Shown piece by piece: positions 27,450 to 41,700 of a stretch of 64,000 bases of DNA. The first letter of the stretch is position 1; each line of letters begins with the position of its first letter. This stretch comes from Octopus vulgaris (taxonomy: Eukaryota). Both the position numbers and the translations under genes were made by a program. The stretch is taken from the NCBI GenBank assembly GCA_951406725.2, contig OX597843.1:19158001-19222000 (forward strand). Direction: 5' to 3'. The notes beneath the pieces are model-generated. The model was given only the letters and a program-made list of their open reading frames with translations. It was not told the origin of the DNA and did not search any database.

Positions 27450-30231
27450 CTGAAATGAATATTTCTCATTATAGTATAATTTGGTTAATTATCTTAATTA
27501 TCTATATTCTATTATTGTGAAACATTTCTATCATCAATGTTCCTCAAATGACCGCTATGGGTTTGGACAACATTTTCATACTTGCTACAGTGGTACCAAA
27601 ACAATCGAAAGTAACCTTCCTAAACCTCTTTCTTCTACAAAGACATTCTGCATAATCCTATCTTTGTAGCCATTATCTTATTTAATTATTACCCCTTGAT
27701 AATAATGCTTTTCTACTTTTGTCTTTCCTGTCTTATATCTCTGCCAAATCAATGGCATGGCATTCTTCACTCACCTCTCGACTTCACTAACAAGCATCCT
27801 TCTTACTTCCTGCTTTACTGCAATATCAATCAAAATGGTCCTCCAAAGATCTACATACAAAATCCTGACACACCCCATCAAGCAGGATGAACATACACCT
27901 GCTCTCTTTAATGAACTTTGCTAACGGTTATCTTTAATGTCAACTGTTCCACAGAGCAAATCACCGGGATATTCCCTGAATGGAAAAACAGTTGAAGACA
28001 TTTCGATAACATTCATCTTCCTTAATGACTCTACCCAGGTGGAACAGGGGATGATGACAGGTATCCCAACAATGCTTCAATATAATTGCACAAAACTTCC
28101 TCAACTAAACATCCCTCTCCCTACCCGCATTATTGCACTGAAAATACTTTAAATGCTACACAGGAAGCGAGACTCAAACAAACATAAAGACGATCGGGAT
28201 AGACACCAAGCAGCAATCCCCAGATCTTGTATTTGCCCACAAGCTTTGTCTTATCTATTGCTTGTAACCAATCCTCAGTTTGTGCCATCATCTGAATGCC
28301 TCTACTCTCACTCAACAACATAGCTTAACATCGTCCGAAACATTTTACAGGACAGTCTTTAACATTTGCCATGGATTCTTCTGCAAATTGGAACTTCACT
28401 TGCTTCAGAGGATCTTTCATAAATGGTAGACTGAATTATTTATTTGCTTGAAACCCCTTTACTCACCAAGTACCTAGCCAGTCCAGAAGTAATTGCATAT
28501 CCTGTTTGTCGGTTTTTAGCTTGGTTATGTCATTCGTTAAGGCCTTCTTATGCGATTGCCATTCGGATCAATCTACTGATCAATGTAACTTATCAATAAA
28601 AGGCACAAACTAAATGACGGACATTGTACAACCTACAGTAATTCCATTTCCAAGAAAATGCCAGTCTGTTGTGAAGTCTGCTGTTATTAGCCGTGTTATG
28701 AAACTGTTGCAGTGACTCCTAATTAGATCTGTCATCTTCTCCAGTTTATAAAATCGATTACTACCATCAGCAATTTCTGTTTTAGAGAAACATAAGCAGG
28801 AACTGGATAGAGCCATACGACATTCAAATCTCTTTTATTCTCCATTTTCTCTCCTATGGCATTCCATATGGAAAATGGATATTCCATATGCCCAGGAATT
28901 TAGAAGATTCTAGTCTTATGCACGCTCTCAGTCCCATAGCAAAATTATTTTATAGGTTTCTAGCTGATCTGAAAACAAGTACATCTATGTAAATGTTGCC
29001 GTCTACTTTTACAATTGAAATGGGTCTCAAGCGGTCGCTTAGTTCTGCTTTAGCATCCTCTTGTAAGTAAACTCTGCCTGTCTTGCACTAGTCTCCAACC
29101 AGTTCGCCAATAAGCCACAGCTCGCTCACTCTTGGTACGGCTTATAATTTAATTGAGTACAGTACTTGTACTTGCACTCTAAACTTTTGTCTTCTTCATT
29201 AAAATTATACACTTCTTTCTTGCTGAAACCACCAATTTGAAATTTCATTGCTGCTCAAATTGGCTGCTCCAAACTAGCCATGAGTTGAAACGGTTGACGT
29301 CGCCTTCGCTCACTCAACGTTTCCTGTATATTCCTAGCTTTGCTGCACTTTGGCTGGCGGATCTTAACATCTGCAAACTGCTTTCTATATAAAGGCTCTT
29401 AATGAGAAACACTCTAATTTGTTTAACCTCTGAGATCTCTTTGCATAAGTTAGAGAGGAACAGTTATTCTTCTTGAGGACATAACAATTTTTCTAGTGCT
29501 TGTGGCAGAATAAAATGTATCCAGAACCCTTTAGAATATGGTAGAAATTAGGAATGGCAAAACAGCACGAGTAAGTTAGAACGTTTAAATGAAATATATT
29601 CTCCAAGGAAGGAAGTTGGGCAGTACCTCTGAATAAAAACTCACTTGGACAGTGACCACCCATCCAAAACATGGCAACATGGAAAGCAGATGATAAATAA
29701 TGAGCACAATATCGGAGATTGTATTGTGTCTTATAGCCAGTATCCACCTTGAACAGAGACAGTGAGTAAGAGACTGCGCTTATCTCAGAAGCAAACCAAA
29801 CTCTTGCACTTGCATATGAACAATGAATTTAATAATAGATTTACTATCAGTGCAAAATGATATGGAATTTGATATGGGAACACTTTCAATCTTAAGTCTT
29901 CCAGAATATGGCATGAGGCTGAACAACAACAATAAACTATCAGAAAAATATAAAACAAACAAGAACACTGTGCTTAGCTCATTTGTTTACCCCTAAACAA
30001 CAACATATTTTATTCCCCTATTCCAAAAGGCATTATTAACCATATTGTCTCTGCTAATCTCAGCGGTTATCCCTGAAAGTTCAGTAACTCTCTTTAATAT
30101 TATTAATTTAAGGTTAACCTTTCAAGTGGAAATTACAAATGGAACCTGACCTTACTCAATCTGACAAACCAAGAAACTCAGGTTAGGCAACATATACAGA
30201 AAACAATAAAATCTTGTTATTTAATACTCAC

Positions 30232-30285
30232 TTCTTGCGCTATGTGCCACTTGCTGGTCTTCCTTGTCTTCTGCTTTTGGAGTTG
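30232..30285 (-). CDS. 54-nt micro-exon, copy 8 (xTPKAEDKEDQQVAHSAR)
   Basis: ttcag|ca ... gaa|gtgagt; phase 1-1, open frame. Confidence 0.7.
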
Positions 30286-33062
30286 CTGAAATAAATATTT
30301 CTCATTATAGTATAATTTGGTTAATTATCTTAAGAATCTGTATTCTATTATTGTGAAACTTTTCTATCATCAATGTTCCTCAAATGACCGCTATGGGTTT
30401 GGACAACATTTTCATACTTGCTACAGTGGTACCAAAACAATCGAAAGTAACCTTCCTAAACCTCTTTCTTCTACTAAGACATTCTGCATAATCCTATCTT
30501 TGTAGCCATTATCTTATTTAATTATTACCACTTGACAATAATTCTTTTCTACTTTTGTCTTTCCTGTCTTATATCTCTGCCAAATCAATGGCATGGCATT
30601 CTTCACTCACCTCTCGACTTCACTAACATGCATCCTTCTTACTTCCTGTTTTATTGCAATATCAATCAAAATGGTCCTCCAAAGATCTACATACAAAATC
30701 CTGACACACCCCATCAAGCAGGATGAACATACACCTGCTCTCATTAATGAACTTTGCTAACGGTTATCTTGAATGTCAACTGTTCCACAGAGCAAATCAC
30801 CGGGATATTCCCTGGATGGAAAAACCATTGAAGACATTGGATGTCATTCATCTTCCTTAATGACTCTACCCAGGTGGAGCAGGGGATAATGACAGGTATC
30901 CCAAAAATGCTTCAGTATAATTGCACAAAACTTCATCAACTACACATCCCTCTCCCTACCCGCATTATTGCACTGAAAATACTTCAAATGCTACACAGGA
31001 AGCGAGACTCAAAGAAACATAAAGACGCTCGGGATAGACACCCAGCAGCAATCCCCAGATCTTGTATTTGCCCACAAGCTTTGTCTTATCTATTGCTTGT
31101 AACCAATCCTCAGTTTGTGCCATCATCTGAATGCCTCTACTCTCACTCAACAACATAGCTTAACATCGTCCGAAACATTTTACAGGACAGTCTTTAACAT
31201 TTGGCATGGATTCTTCTGCAAATTGGAACTTCACTTGCTTCAGGGGATCTTTCATAAATGGTAGACTGAATTATTTATTTGCTTGAAACCCCTTTACTCA
31301 CCAAGTACCTAGCCAGTCCAGAAGTAATTGCATATCCTTATCGTCTGTTTTTAGCTTGGTTATGTCATTCGTTAAGGCCTTCTTATGCGATTGCCATTCG
31401 GATCAATCTACTGATAAATGAAACTTATCCATAAAAAGCACAAACTAAATGACGGACATTGTACAACCTACAGTAATTCCATTTCCAAGAAAATGCCAGT
31501 CTGTTGTGAAGTCTGCTGTTATTAGCCGTGTTATGAAACTGTTGCATTTGACTCCTAATTAGATCTGTCATCTTCTCCAGTTTATAAAATCGATTACTGC
31601 CATCAGCAATTTCTGTTTTAGAGAAACATAAGCAGGAACTGGATAGAGCCATACGACATTCAAATCTCTTTTATTCTTCATTTTCTCTCCTATGGCATTC
31701 CATATGGAAAATGGATGTTCCATATGCCCAGGAATTTAGAAGAGCTAGGGTTATGCACACTTTCAGTCCCATTGCAAAATTATTTTATAGGTTTGTAGCT
31801 GATCTGATAACAAGTACATCTATGTAAATGTTGCCGTCTACTTTTACAATTGAAATGGGTCTCAAGCGGTCGGTTAGTTCTGCTTTAGCATCCTCTGGTA
31901 AGTAAACTCTGCCTGTCTTGCACTAGTCTCAACCAGTTCGCCAATAAGCCACAGCTCTTTCACTCTTGGTACAGCTTATAATTTAATTGAGTACAGTACT
32001 TGTACTTGCACTCTAAACTTTTGTCTTCTTCATTAAAATTATACACTTCTTTCTTGCTGAAACCAACAAGTTGAAATTTCATTGCTGCTCAAATTGGCTG
32101 CTCCAAACTAGCCATGAGTGGAAACTGTTGACGTCGCCTTCGCTCACTCAACGTTTCCTGTATATTCCTAGCTTTGCTGCACTTTGGCTGGCGGATCTTA
32201 ACATCTGCAAACTGCTTTCTATATAAGGGCCCTTAATGAGAAACTCTCTAATTTGTTTAACCTCTGAGATCTCTTTGCATAAGTTAGAGAGGAACAGTTA
32301 TTCTTCTTGAGGACATAACAATGTTTCTAGTGCTTGTGGCAGAATAAAATGTATCCAGAACCCTTTAGAATATGGTAGAAATTAGGTATGGCAAAACAGC
32401 ACGAGTAAGTTAGAACGTTTAAATGAAATGTATTCTCCAAGGAAGGAAGTTGGGCAGTACCTCTGAATAAAAACTCACTTGGACAGTGACCACCCATCCA
32501 AAACATGGCAACATGGAAAGCAGATGATAAATAATGAGCACAATATCGGAGATTGTATTGTGTCTTATAGCTAGTATCCACATTGAACAGAGAGAGAAAG
32601 AGACTGCGCTTATCTCAGAAGCAAACCAAACTCTTGCACTTGCATATGAACAATGAATTTAATAATAGATTTACTATCAGTGCAAAATGATATGGAATTT
32701 GAAATGGGAACACTTTCCATCTTAAGTCTTCCAGAATATGGCATGAGGCTGAACAACAACAATAAACTATCAGAAAAATATAAAACAAACAAAAACAATA
32801 TGCTTAGCTCATTTGTTTACCCCTAAACAACAACATATTTTATTCCCCTATTCCAATAGGCATTATTAACCATATTGTCTCTGCTAATCTCAGCGGTTAT
32901 CCCTGAGAGTTCAGTAACTCTCTTTAATATTATTAATTTAAGGTTAACCATTCAAGTGGAAATTACAAATGGAACCTGACCTTACTCAATCTGACAAACC
33001 AAGAAACTCAGGTGAAGGCAACATTTACAGAAAACAATAAAATCTTGTTATTTAATACTTAC

Positions 33063-33116
33063 TTCTTGCCCTATGTGCCACTTGCTTCTCTTCCTTGTCT
33101 TCTGCTTTTGGCGTTG
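33063..33116 (-). CDS. 54-nt micro-exon, copy 9 (xTPKAEDKEEKQVAHRAR)
   Basis: ttcag|ca ... gaa|gtaagt (donor variant that stays consensus); phase 1-1, open frame. Confidence 0.7.
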
Positions 33117-35902
33117 CTGAAATAAATATTTCTCATTATAGTATAATTTGGTTAATTATCTTAATAATCTATATTCTATTATTGTGAAACTTCTCTACCA
33201 TCAATGTTCCACAAATGACCGCTATGGGTTTGGACAACATTTTCAAACTTGCTACAGTTGTACCATAACAATCGAAAGTAACCTTCCTAAACCTCTTTCT
33301 TCTACTAAGACATTCTGCATAATCCTATCTTTGTAGCCATTATCTTATTTAATTATTATCACTTGACAATAATACTTTTCTACTTTTGTCTTTCCTGTCT
33401 CATATCTCTGCCAAATCAATGGCATGGCATTCTTCACTCACCTCTCGACTTCACTAACAAGCATCCTTCTTACTTCCTGCTTTACTGCAATATCAATCAA
33501 AATGGTCCTCCAAAGATCTACATACAAAATCCTGACACACCCCATCAAGCAGGATGAACATACACCTGCTCTCTTTAATGAACTTTGCTAACGGTTATCT
33601 TTAATGTCAACTGTTCCACAGAGCAAATCACCGGGATATTCCCTGAATGGAAAAACAGTTAAAGACATTTGGATGTCATTCATCTTCCTTAATGACTCTA
33701 CCCAGGTGGAACAGGGGATGATGACAGGTATCCCAAAAATGCTTCAATATAATTGCACAAAACTTCATCAACTACACATCCCTCTCCCTACCCGCATTAT
33801 TGCACTGAAAATACTTTAAATGCTACACTGGAAGCGAGACTCAAACAAACATAGAGACGATCGGGATAGACACCCAGCAGCAATCCCCAGATCTTGTATT
33901 TGCCCACAAGCTTTGTCTTATCTATTGCTTGTAACCAATCCTCAGTTTGTGCCATCATCTGAATGCCTCTACTCTCACTCAACAACATAGCTTAACATCG
34001 TCCTAAACATTTTACAGGACAGTCTTTAACATTTGCCATGGATTCTTCTGCAAATTGGAACTTCACTTGCTTCAGGGGATCTTTCATAAATGGCAGACTG
34101 AATTATTCATTTGCATGAATCCCCTTTACTCACCAAGTACCTAGCCAGTCCACAAGTAATTGCATATCCTTATCGTCTGTTTTTAGCTTGGTTATGTCAT
34201 TCGTTAAGGCCTTCTTATGCGATTGCCATTCGGATCAATCTACTGATAAATGAAACTTATCCATAAAAGGCACAAACTAAATGACGGACATTGTACAACC
34301 TACAGTAATTCCATTTCCAAGAAAATGCCAGTCTGTTGTGAAGTCTGCTGTTATTAGCCGTGTTATGAAACTGTTGCGTTTGACTCCTAATAAGATCGGT
34401 CATCTTCTCAAGTTTATAAAATCGATTACTGCCATCAGCAATTTCTGTTGTAGAGAAACATAAGCAGGAACTGGATAGAGCCATACAACATTCAAATCTC
34501 TTTTATTCTCCATTTTCCCTCCTATGGCATTCCATGTGGGAAAGGGATATTCCATATGCCCAGGAATATAAAAGATTCTAGTCTTATGCACACTTTCAGT
34601 CCCATAGCAAAATTATTTTATAGGTTTGTAGCTGATCTGATAACAAGTACATCTATGTAAATGTTGCCGTCTACTTTTACAATTGAAATGGGTCTCAAGT
34701 GGTTGGTTAGTTCTGCTTTAACATCCTCTGGTAAGTAAACTCTGTCTGCCTTGCACCAGTCATCAACCAGTTCGCCAATAAGCCACAGCTCTCTCACTCT
34801 TGGTACAGCTTATAATTTAATTGAGTACAGTACTTGTACTTGCACTCTAAACTTTTGTCTTCTTCATTAAAATTATACACTTCTTTCTTGCTGAAACCAC
34901 CAATTTGAAATTTCATTGCTGCTCACATTGGCTGCTTCAAACTAGCCATGAGTGGAAACGGTTGACGTCGCTTTGGCTCACTCAAGGTTTCCTGTATATT
35001 CCTAGCTTTGCTGCATTTTAGCTGGCTGATTTTAACATCTGCAAACCGCTTTCTATATAAGGGCCCTTAATGAGAAACTCTCTAATTTGTTTAACCTCTG
35101 AGATCTCTTTGCATAGGTTAGAGAGAAACAGTTATTCTTCTTGAGGACATAACAATGTTTCTAGTGCTTGTGGCAGAATAAAATGTATCAAGAACCCTTT
35201 AAAATATGGTAGAAATTAGGAATGGCAAAACAGCACGAGTAAGTTAGAACGTTTAAATGAAATGTATTCTCTAAGGAAGTAATTTGGGCAGTACATCTGA
35301 ATAAAAACTCACTTGGACAGTGACCACCCATCCAAAACATGGCAACATGGAAAGCAGATGATAAATAATGAGCACAATATCGGAGATTGTATTGTGTCTT
35401 ATAGCCAGTATCCACCTTAAACAGAGAGACAGAGAGTAAGAGACTGCGCTTATCTCAGAAGCAAACCAAACTCTTGCACTTGCATATGAACAATGATTTT
35501 AATAATAGATTTAATATCAGTGCAAAATGATATGGAATTTGATATGGGAACACTTTCCATCTTAAGTCTGCCAGAATATGGCATGAGGCTGAACAACAAC
35601 AATAAACTATCAGAAAAATATAAAACAAACAAAAACAATATGCTTAGCTCATTTGTTTACCCCTAAACAACAACATAATTTATTCCCCTATTCCAAAAGG
35701 CATTTTTAACCATATTACCTCTGCTAAACTCAGCGATTATCCCTGAAAGTTCAGTAACTCTCTTTAATATTATTAAATTAAGGTTAACCTTTCAAGTGGA
35801 AATTACAAATGGAACCTGACCTTACTCAATCTGACAAACCAAGAAACTCCTGTGAAGGCAACATTTACAGAAATCAATAAATTCTTGTTATTTAATACTC
35901 AC

Positions 35903-35956
35903 TTCTTGCGCTATGTGCCACTTGCTTCTCTTCCTTGTCTTCTGCTTTTGGAGTTG
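35903..35956 (-). CDS. 54-nt micro-exon, copy 10 (xTPKAEDKEEKQVAHSAR)
   Basis: ttcag|ca ... gaa|gtgagt; phase 1-1; compatible with the phase-1 end of the RING exon. Confidence 0.7.
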
Positions 35957-36819
35957 CTGAAATAAATATTTCTCATTATAGTATAATTTGGTTAATTATC
36001 TTAATAATCTATATTCTATTATTGTGAAACTTTTCTATCATCAATGTTCCACAAATGACCGCTATGGGTTTCGACGATATTTTTATAATTGCTACAGTGG
36101 TACCAAAACAATCGAAAGTAACCTTCCTAAACCTCTTTCTTCTACTAAGACATTCTGCATAATCCTATCTTTGTAGCCATTATCTTATTTAATTATTCCC
36201 ACTTGACAATAATTATTTTCTACTTTTGTCTTTCCTGTCTTATATCTCTGCCAAATCAATGGCATGGCATTCTTCACTCACCTCTCGACTTCACTAACAA
36301 GCATCCTTCGTACTTCCTCCTTTACTGCAATATCAATCAAAATGGTCCTCCAAAGATCTACTTACAAACACACACACAGACACCATTACACATTTATGCA
36401 TATAAACTTTAGATTAGCACGTTTTTTTTAATCCGCTAAATCCAAAAATAGTATTAGTTTTACAATTTGATCTTACAATATGTCACAAATTTAAGAGGGC
36501 AACCTAATTACACATCTTTTTTAGAAAATCAGTTGTCGTTGTCAAGAATGTCATATGATATGTCTTTATATATGCTTTTGACGTCAAAGAGCTCGAATTG
36601 AACGTGGAATAAACAGTTTAATGACAAATAATTAAATAATTTAATTTTACCGAAGAAAAAACATTTCTGAAGTTCTGAAATGTATATGATACAATAATAG
36701 TTTGACAACGTTTATGGCTTCAAAACCTCACACCAAGTCATCCAATGCATGATTGAAATCAATAAGGCTTACGTCTGTCTTGCAACTCACATTATTCAAG
36801 TAAATGTTCAAATTTCTTA

Positions 36820-38210
36820 CTTATCGTTCCATTGACAGATTTTGATAAACGTTGTTTGAGAGCGGAATCTTGCTGGTTTTTGGCACAGAAACAGGAGTGT
36901 CACTGGCATATATGGTTTCTAAATACAGCCTGTCGACCTTTTCTTTATCTGGTATATCTGCCATGAAATAGGCATCTACCTTAATGATGCTAGTAAGCCG
37001 TACATCATGATATATCAAATTATCCAAGTCAGGTGTTTGTCATGTGTCCACTCACCCACAAGAATGATAAGTTTGTTATATTGGCTGAATGCCCCAGACT
37101 CTCGAATCAGATCAGTCGACTTGGGTTTAACTTGGGAAGAAGATGCTAATTTGAATTGCTTGGCACCTCAACAACTCAACATGTAGTTGATTAATGCAAC
37201 ACTGCATTCTGAATCGACATTGTGAATGGGAGCTCTCCTTAGTTTAGCTGAATCCATATTTGCTAGAGAATGGGGAGACGCTTTGATGATGTTTCCAAAA
37301 CCAAACACAACTCATTTTGGCTTCTGGAAACCAACCGCTAACCTTGGAAGAAGACTCGACAGTGCTTTTAACACCTCTGGCTTCAACTCGGTTGCAATAG
37401 CTTCAACAGCACAACATATATCTTCATCATATCTGATTTCCTGGAATCTGCTAGAAGATACGAAACTGAATGTAAGACTATGCACATTTAGCAATCGGTT
37501 TGGATCCACTGTAGAAAGGTCATTAGTAATTTATTTGAAAGCAGGTAAAATTTTAAGTAGGTTGTGCTTGTTGAAGTGGTGAGCGAAAGGAATGCTTCAA
37601 CAAGGTGCAGTCCAATCAGTACTCCTGCGCAACACAAGACATTGAGGAACACCATATCTATGGAAAACCATACAATACAAGCCAGTTGGTTTGTAACATT
37701 TCTGTATTTTGCCAAGTACGATACCATATCATTCACGTGGTACAAAGTTATTGCACAAAGCGAGAAGATTGAAGCATTCAGTCTTCAGGAAAACAGATTG
37801 ATTAAACCACGGTTGAATATGCTTGTCGAATTCACCAGCTTTGTTCCATGACTTGTAAACAAAACCATGATTGATTAATCTTATTATGCAATCAAGGGCC
37901 TGTTCAGGGGCACTGTATGAGCTCGATGTTGCATTTACAAGAAAACTCGAATAAATTTTGTCCCATTCAGTTGCGTTCTTGATCTCACTCCACAGTATAG
38001 TTATTAATCAATTTAACATGAGTGAAAGGTGAACATTGCAAAACAGATGCTCAGGTACCCGTTCTGTGCTGTTACATTCTCTTCAACCCCAACATCGAGT
38101 GTTTTAACTGCAATATTACTTGCTGCTTCTAGAAGCTAAAGTAGAGGCACTTTCAAGTCAGTCACATCATTTCTTGAGTCTGATGCTACAAGCAGAGTCG
38201 GCAGAGGTCT
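36820..38210 (-). mobile_element. Decayed large ORF, probably from a DNA-transposon-like element (family not assigned)
   Basis: Several interrupted protein-like frames (..CCAGVLIGLHLVEAFLSLT.., ..LRRAPIHNVDSECSV..) with stops and frameshifts and no splice signals. Confidence 0.35.
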
Positions 38211-38654
38211 CTAGCGACCATTGATAGTAAAGTACTGGAGGGAGAAAGATCCAGCTCCGGTTTTAGATCCATCACCAGAATAAGTAACGACTGATTTCTT
38301 ATCAACTTTGGGATGATAAAAAAAAACCGAAGAAAGATGGAGAGAGAGAGAGAGAGGGAAAGAATGATAGAGAGAAATATAGAGGAGTGACGACAGGAGA
38401 GAGAGAAGATGGCGAAGTATAAAGGTGAGTGGACAGGTGATAGGATATGGGGTGTGTGTGAGTGAAGGACATACTGAGGGTAAGTTTAGATTTAATGAGT
38501 AGGCAAAGGTAGAGGGAAGGGGTATTGGGAGGATATATTTGAAGGAAGAGATGCACGAGGGACATATTGTGTGCAAGGGCTGGGCATAGACATAAAAGAC
38601 ATGCCTTTATGTCATTGGGTTTACTTTGATAAACAGGTCTTCACAAGCAAATGG

Positions 38655-38754
38655 NNNNNNNNNNNNNNNNNNNNNNNNNNNNNNNNNNNNNNNNNNNNNN
38701 NNNNNNNNNNNNNNNNNNNNNNNNNNNNNNNNNNNNNNNNNNNNNNNNNNNNNN
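38655..38754. other. Assembly gap (100 N, true size unknown)
   Basis: Run of exactly 100 n. Confidence 1.
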
Positions 38755-41700
38755 TTATAATGATATCTATCTAGATTGTATATAATCTGGCAAAGGGATA
38801 TGTGACCGTCATTATAATGATATCTATCTAGATTGTATATAATCTGGCAAAGGGATATGTGACCGTCAATATAATGATATCTATGTAGATTGTATATAAT
38901 CTGGCAAAGGGATATGTGACCGTCATTATAATGATATCTATCTAGATTGTATATAATCTGGCAAAGGGATATGTGACCGTCATTATAATGATATCTATCT
39001 AGATTATGTATAATCTGTAAAAGGGATATGTGACCGTCATTATAATGATATCTGTCTAGATTGTATATAATCTGGCAAAGGGTTATGTGTCCGTCATTAT
39101 AATGATATCTGTCTAGATTGTATATAATCTGGCAAAGGGATATATGACTGTCATTATAATGATATCTATCTAGATTATATATAATCTGGCAAAGGGATAT
39201 ATGACCTTCATTATAATGATATCTATCTAGATTGTATATTATCTGGCAAAGGGATATGTGACCGTCATTATAATGATATCTGTCTAGATTGTATATAATC
39301 TGGCAAAGGGATATGTGACCGTCATTATAATGATATCTGTCTAGAATGTATATAATCTGGCAAAGGGATATGTGACAGTCATTATAATGATATCTATCTA
39401 GATTGTATATAATCTGCCAAAGGGATATGTGACCGTCATTATAATGATATCTATCTAGATTGTATATAATCTGGCAAAGGGATATGTGACCGTCATTATA
39501 ATGATATCTATCTAGATTGTACATAATGTGGCAAAGGGATATGTGACCGTCATTATAATGATATCTATTTAGATTATACATAATCTGGCAAAGGGATATG
39601 TGACCGTCATTATAATGATATCTATCTAGATTGTATATAATCTGGCAAAGGGATATGTGACGTCATTATAATGATATCTTCTTATATAATGCAAAGATTG
39701 TATATATGATATTGACCTTCATAATAAGGATATCTATCTAGATTGTATATAATCTGGCAAAGGGATATGTGACCGTCATTATAATGATATCTATCTAGAT
39801 TGTATATTATCTGGCAAAGGGATATGTGACCGTCATTATAATGATATCTGTCTAGATTGTATATAATCTGGCAAAGGGATATGTGACCGTCATTATAATG
39901 ATATCTATCTAGATTGTATATAATCTGGCAAAGGGATATGTGACCGTCATTATAATGATATCTGTCTTGATTGTATATAATCTGGCACAGGTATATGTGA
40001 CCGTCATTATAATGATATCTATCTTGATTGTATATAATCTGGCAATGGGATATGTGACCTTCATTATAATGATATCTGTCTAGATTGTATATAATCTGGC
40101 AAAGGGATATGTGACCGTCATTATAATGATATCTATCTAGATTATATCTAATCTGGCAAAGGGATATGTGACCATCATTATAATGATATCTATCTAGATT
40201 GTATATAATCTGGCAAAGGGATATGTGTCCGTCATTATAATGATATCTGTCTAGATTGTATATAATCTGGCAAAGGGATATGTGACCGTCATTATAATGA
40301 TATCTATCTAGATTATATATAATCTGGCAAAGGGATATATGACCGTCATTATAATGATATCTATCTAGATTGTATATTATCTGGCAAAGGGATATGTGAC
40401 CGTCATTATAATGATATCTATCTAGATTGCATATAATCTGGCAAAGGGTATGTGACCCTCATGATAATGATATCTGTCTAGATTGTATATAATCTGGCAA
40501 AGGGATATGTGACCGTCATTATAATGATATCTATCTAGATTGTATATAATCTGGCAAAGGGATATGTGACCGTCATTATAATGATATCTATACAGATTGT
40601 ATATAATCTGGCAAAGGGATATGTGACCGTCATTATAATGATATCTATCTAGATTGTATATAATCTGTCAAAGGGATATGTGACCGTCATTATAATGATA
40701 TCTGTCTAGATTGTATATAATCTGGCAAAGGGATATGTGACCGCCATTATAATGATATCTGTCTAGATTGTATATAATCTGGCAATGGGATGTGACCGTC
40801 ATTATAATGATATTTATCTAGATTGTATATAATCTGGCAAAGGGATATGTGATCGTCATTATAATGATATCTATCTAGATTTTATATAATCTGGCAAAGG
40901 GATATGTGACCGTCATTATAATGATATCTATCTATATTGTATATAATCTGGCAAAGGGATATGTGACCGCCATTATAATATCTATACAGATTGTATATAA
41001 TCTGTCAAAGGGATACGTGACCGTCATTATAATGATATCTGTCTAGATTGTATATAATCTGGCAATGGGATGTGACCGTCATTATAATGATATCTATCTA
41101 GATTGTATATAATCTGGCAAAGGAATATGTGATCGTCATTATAATGATATCTATCTAGATTTTATATAATCTGGCAAAGGGATATGTGACCGTCATTATA
41201 ATGATATCTATCTAGATTGTATATAATCTGGCAAAGGGATATGTGACCGTCATTATAATGATATCTATCTAGATTGTATATAATCTGGCAAAGGGATATA
41301 TGACCGTCATAATAATGATATCTATACAGATTGTATATAATCTGGCAAAGGGACACGTGGCCCTCATTATAATGATATCAATAAAGATTGTATATAATCT
41401 GGCAAAGAAATATGTTACTATCATTGTAATTATAAATATATAATACGTATATAATCTGTTAATTGTATATGTGACCTACATTATAATGTTATCTATATAG
41501 ATTGTATATAATCTGGCAAAGGGACACGTGGCCCTCATTATAATGATATCAATAAAGATTGTATATAATCTGGCAAAGAAATATGTTACTATCATTGTAA
41601 TTATAAATATATAATCCGTATATAATCTGATAAATGTATACGTGACCACCATTATAATGTTATCTCTATCTAGATTGTATATAATCTGGCAAAGGGATAT

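Larger units (their letters stand above)
7632..36368. repeat. Tandem array of ~10.1 units of ~2.83 kb, each holding one 54-nt micro-exon and a decayed retrotransposon fragment
   Basis: The same landmarks recur at ~2830-bp spacing (exons at 10335, 13171, 16001, 18828, 21664, 24501, 27396, 30232, 33063, 35903). Units differ by scattered substitutions and small indels. Confidence 0.97.

Noticed and set aside
7632-36368. Array as a pure assembly artefact
   Set aside because: Units carry many distinct, shared and mosaic substitutions that are unlike random read error; the exact copy number could still be wrong.
7796-36412. Recurrent 60-118 aa ORFs in each array unit read as a tandem small-gene family
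   Set aside because: They are pieces of a decayed RT or chance ORFs copied with the unit; starts, stops and frames vary between units.
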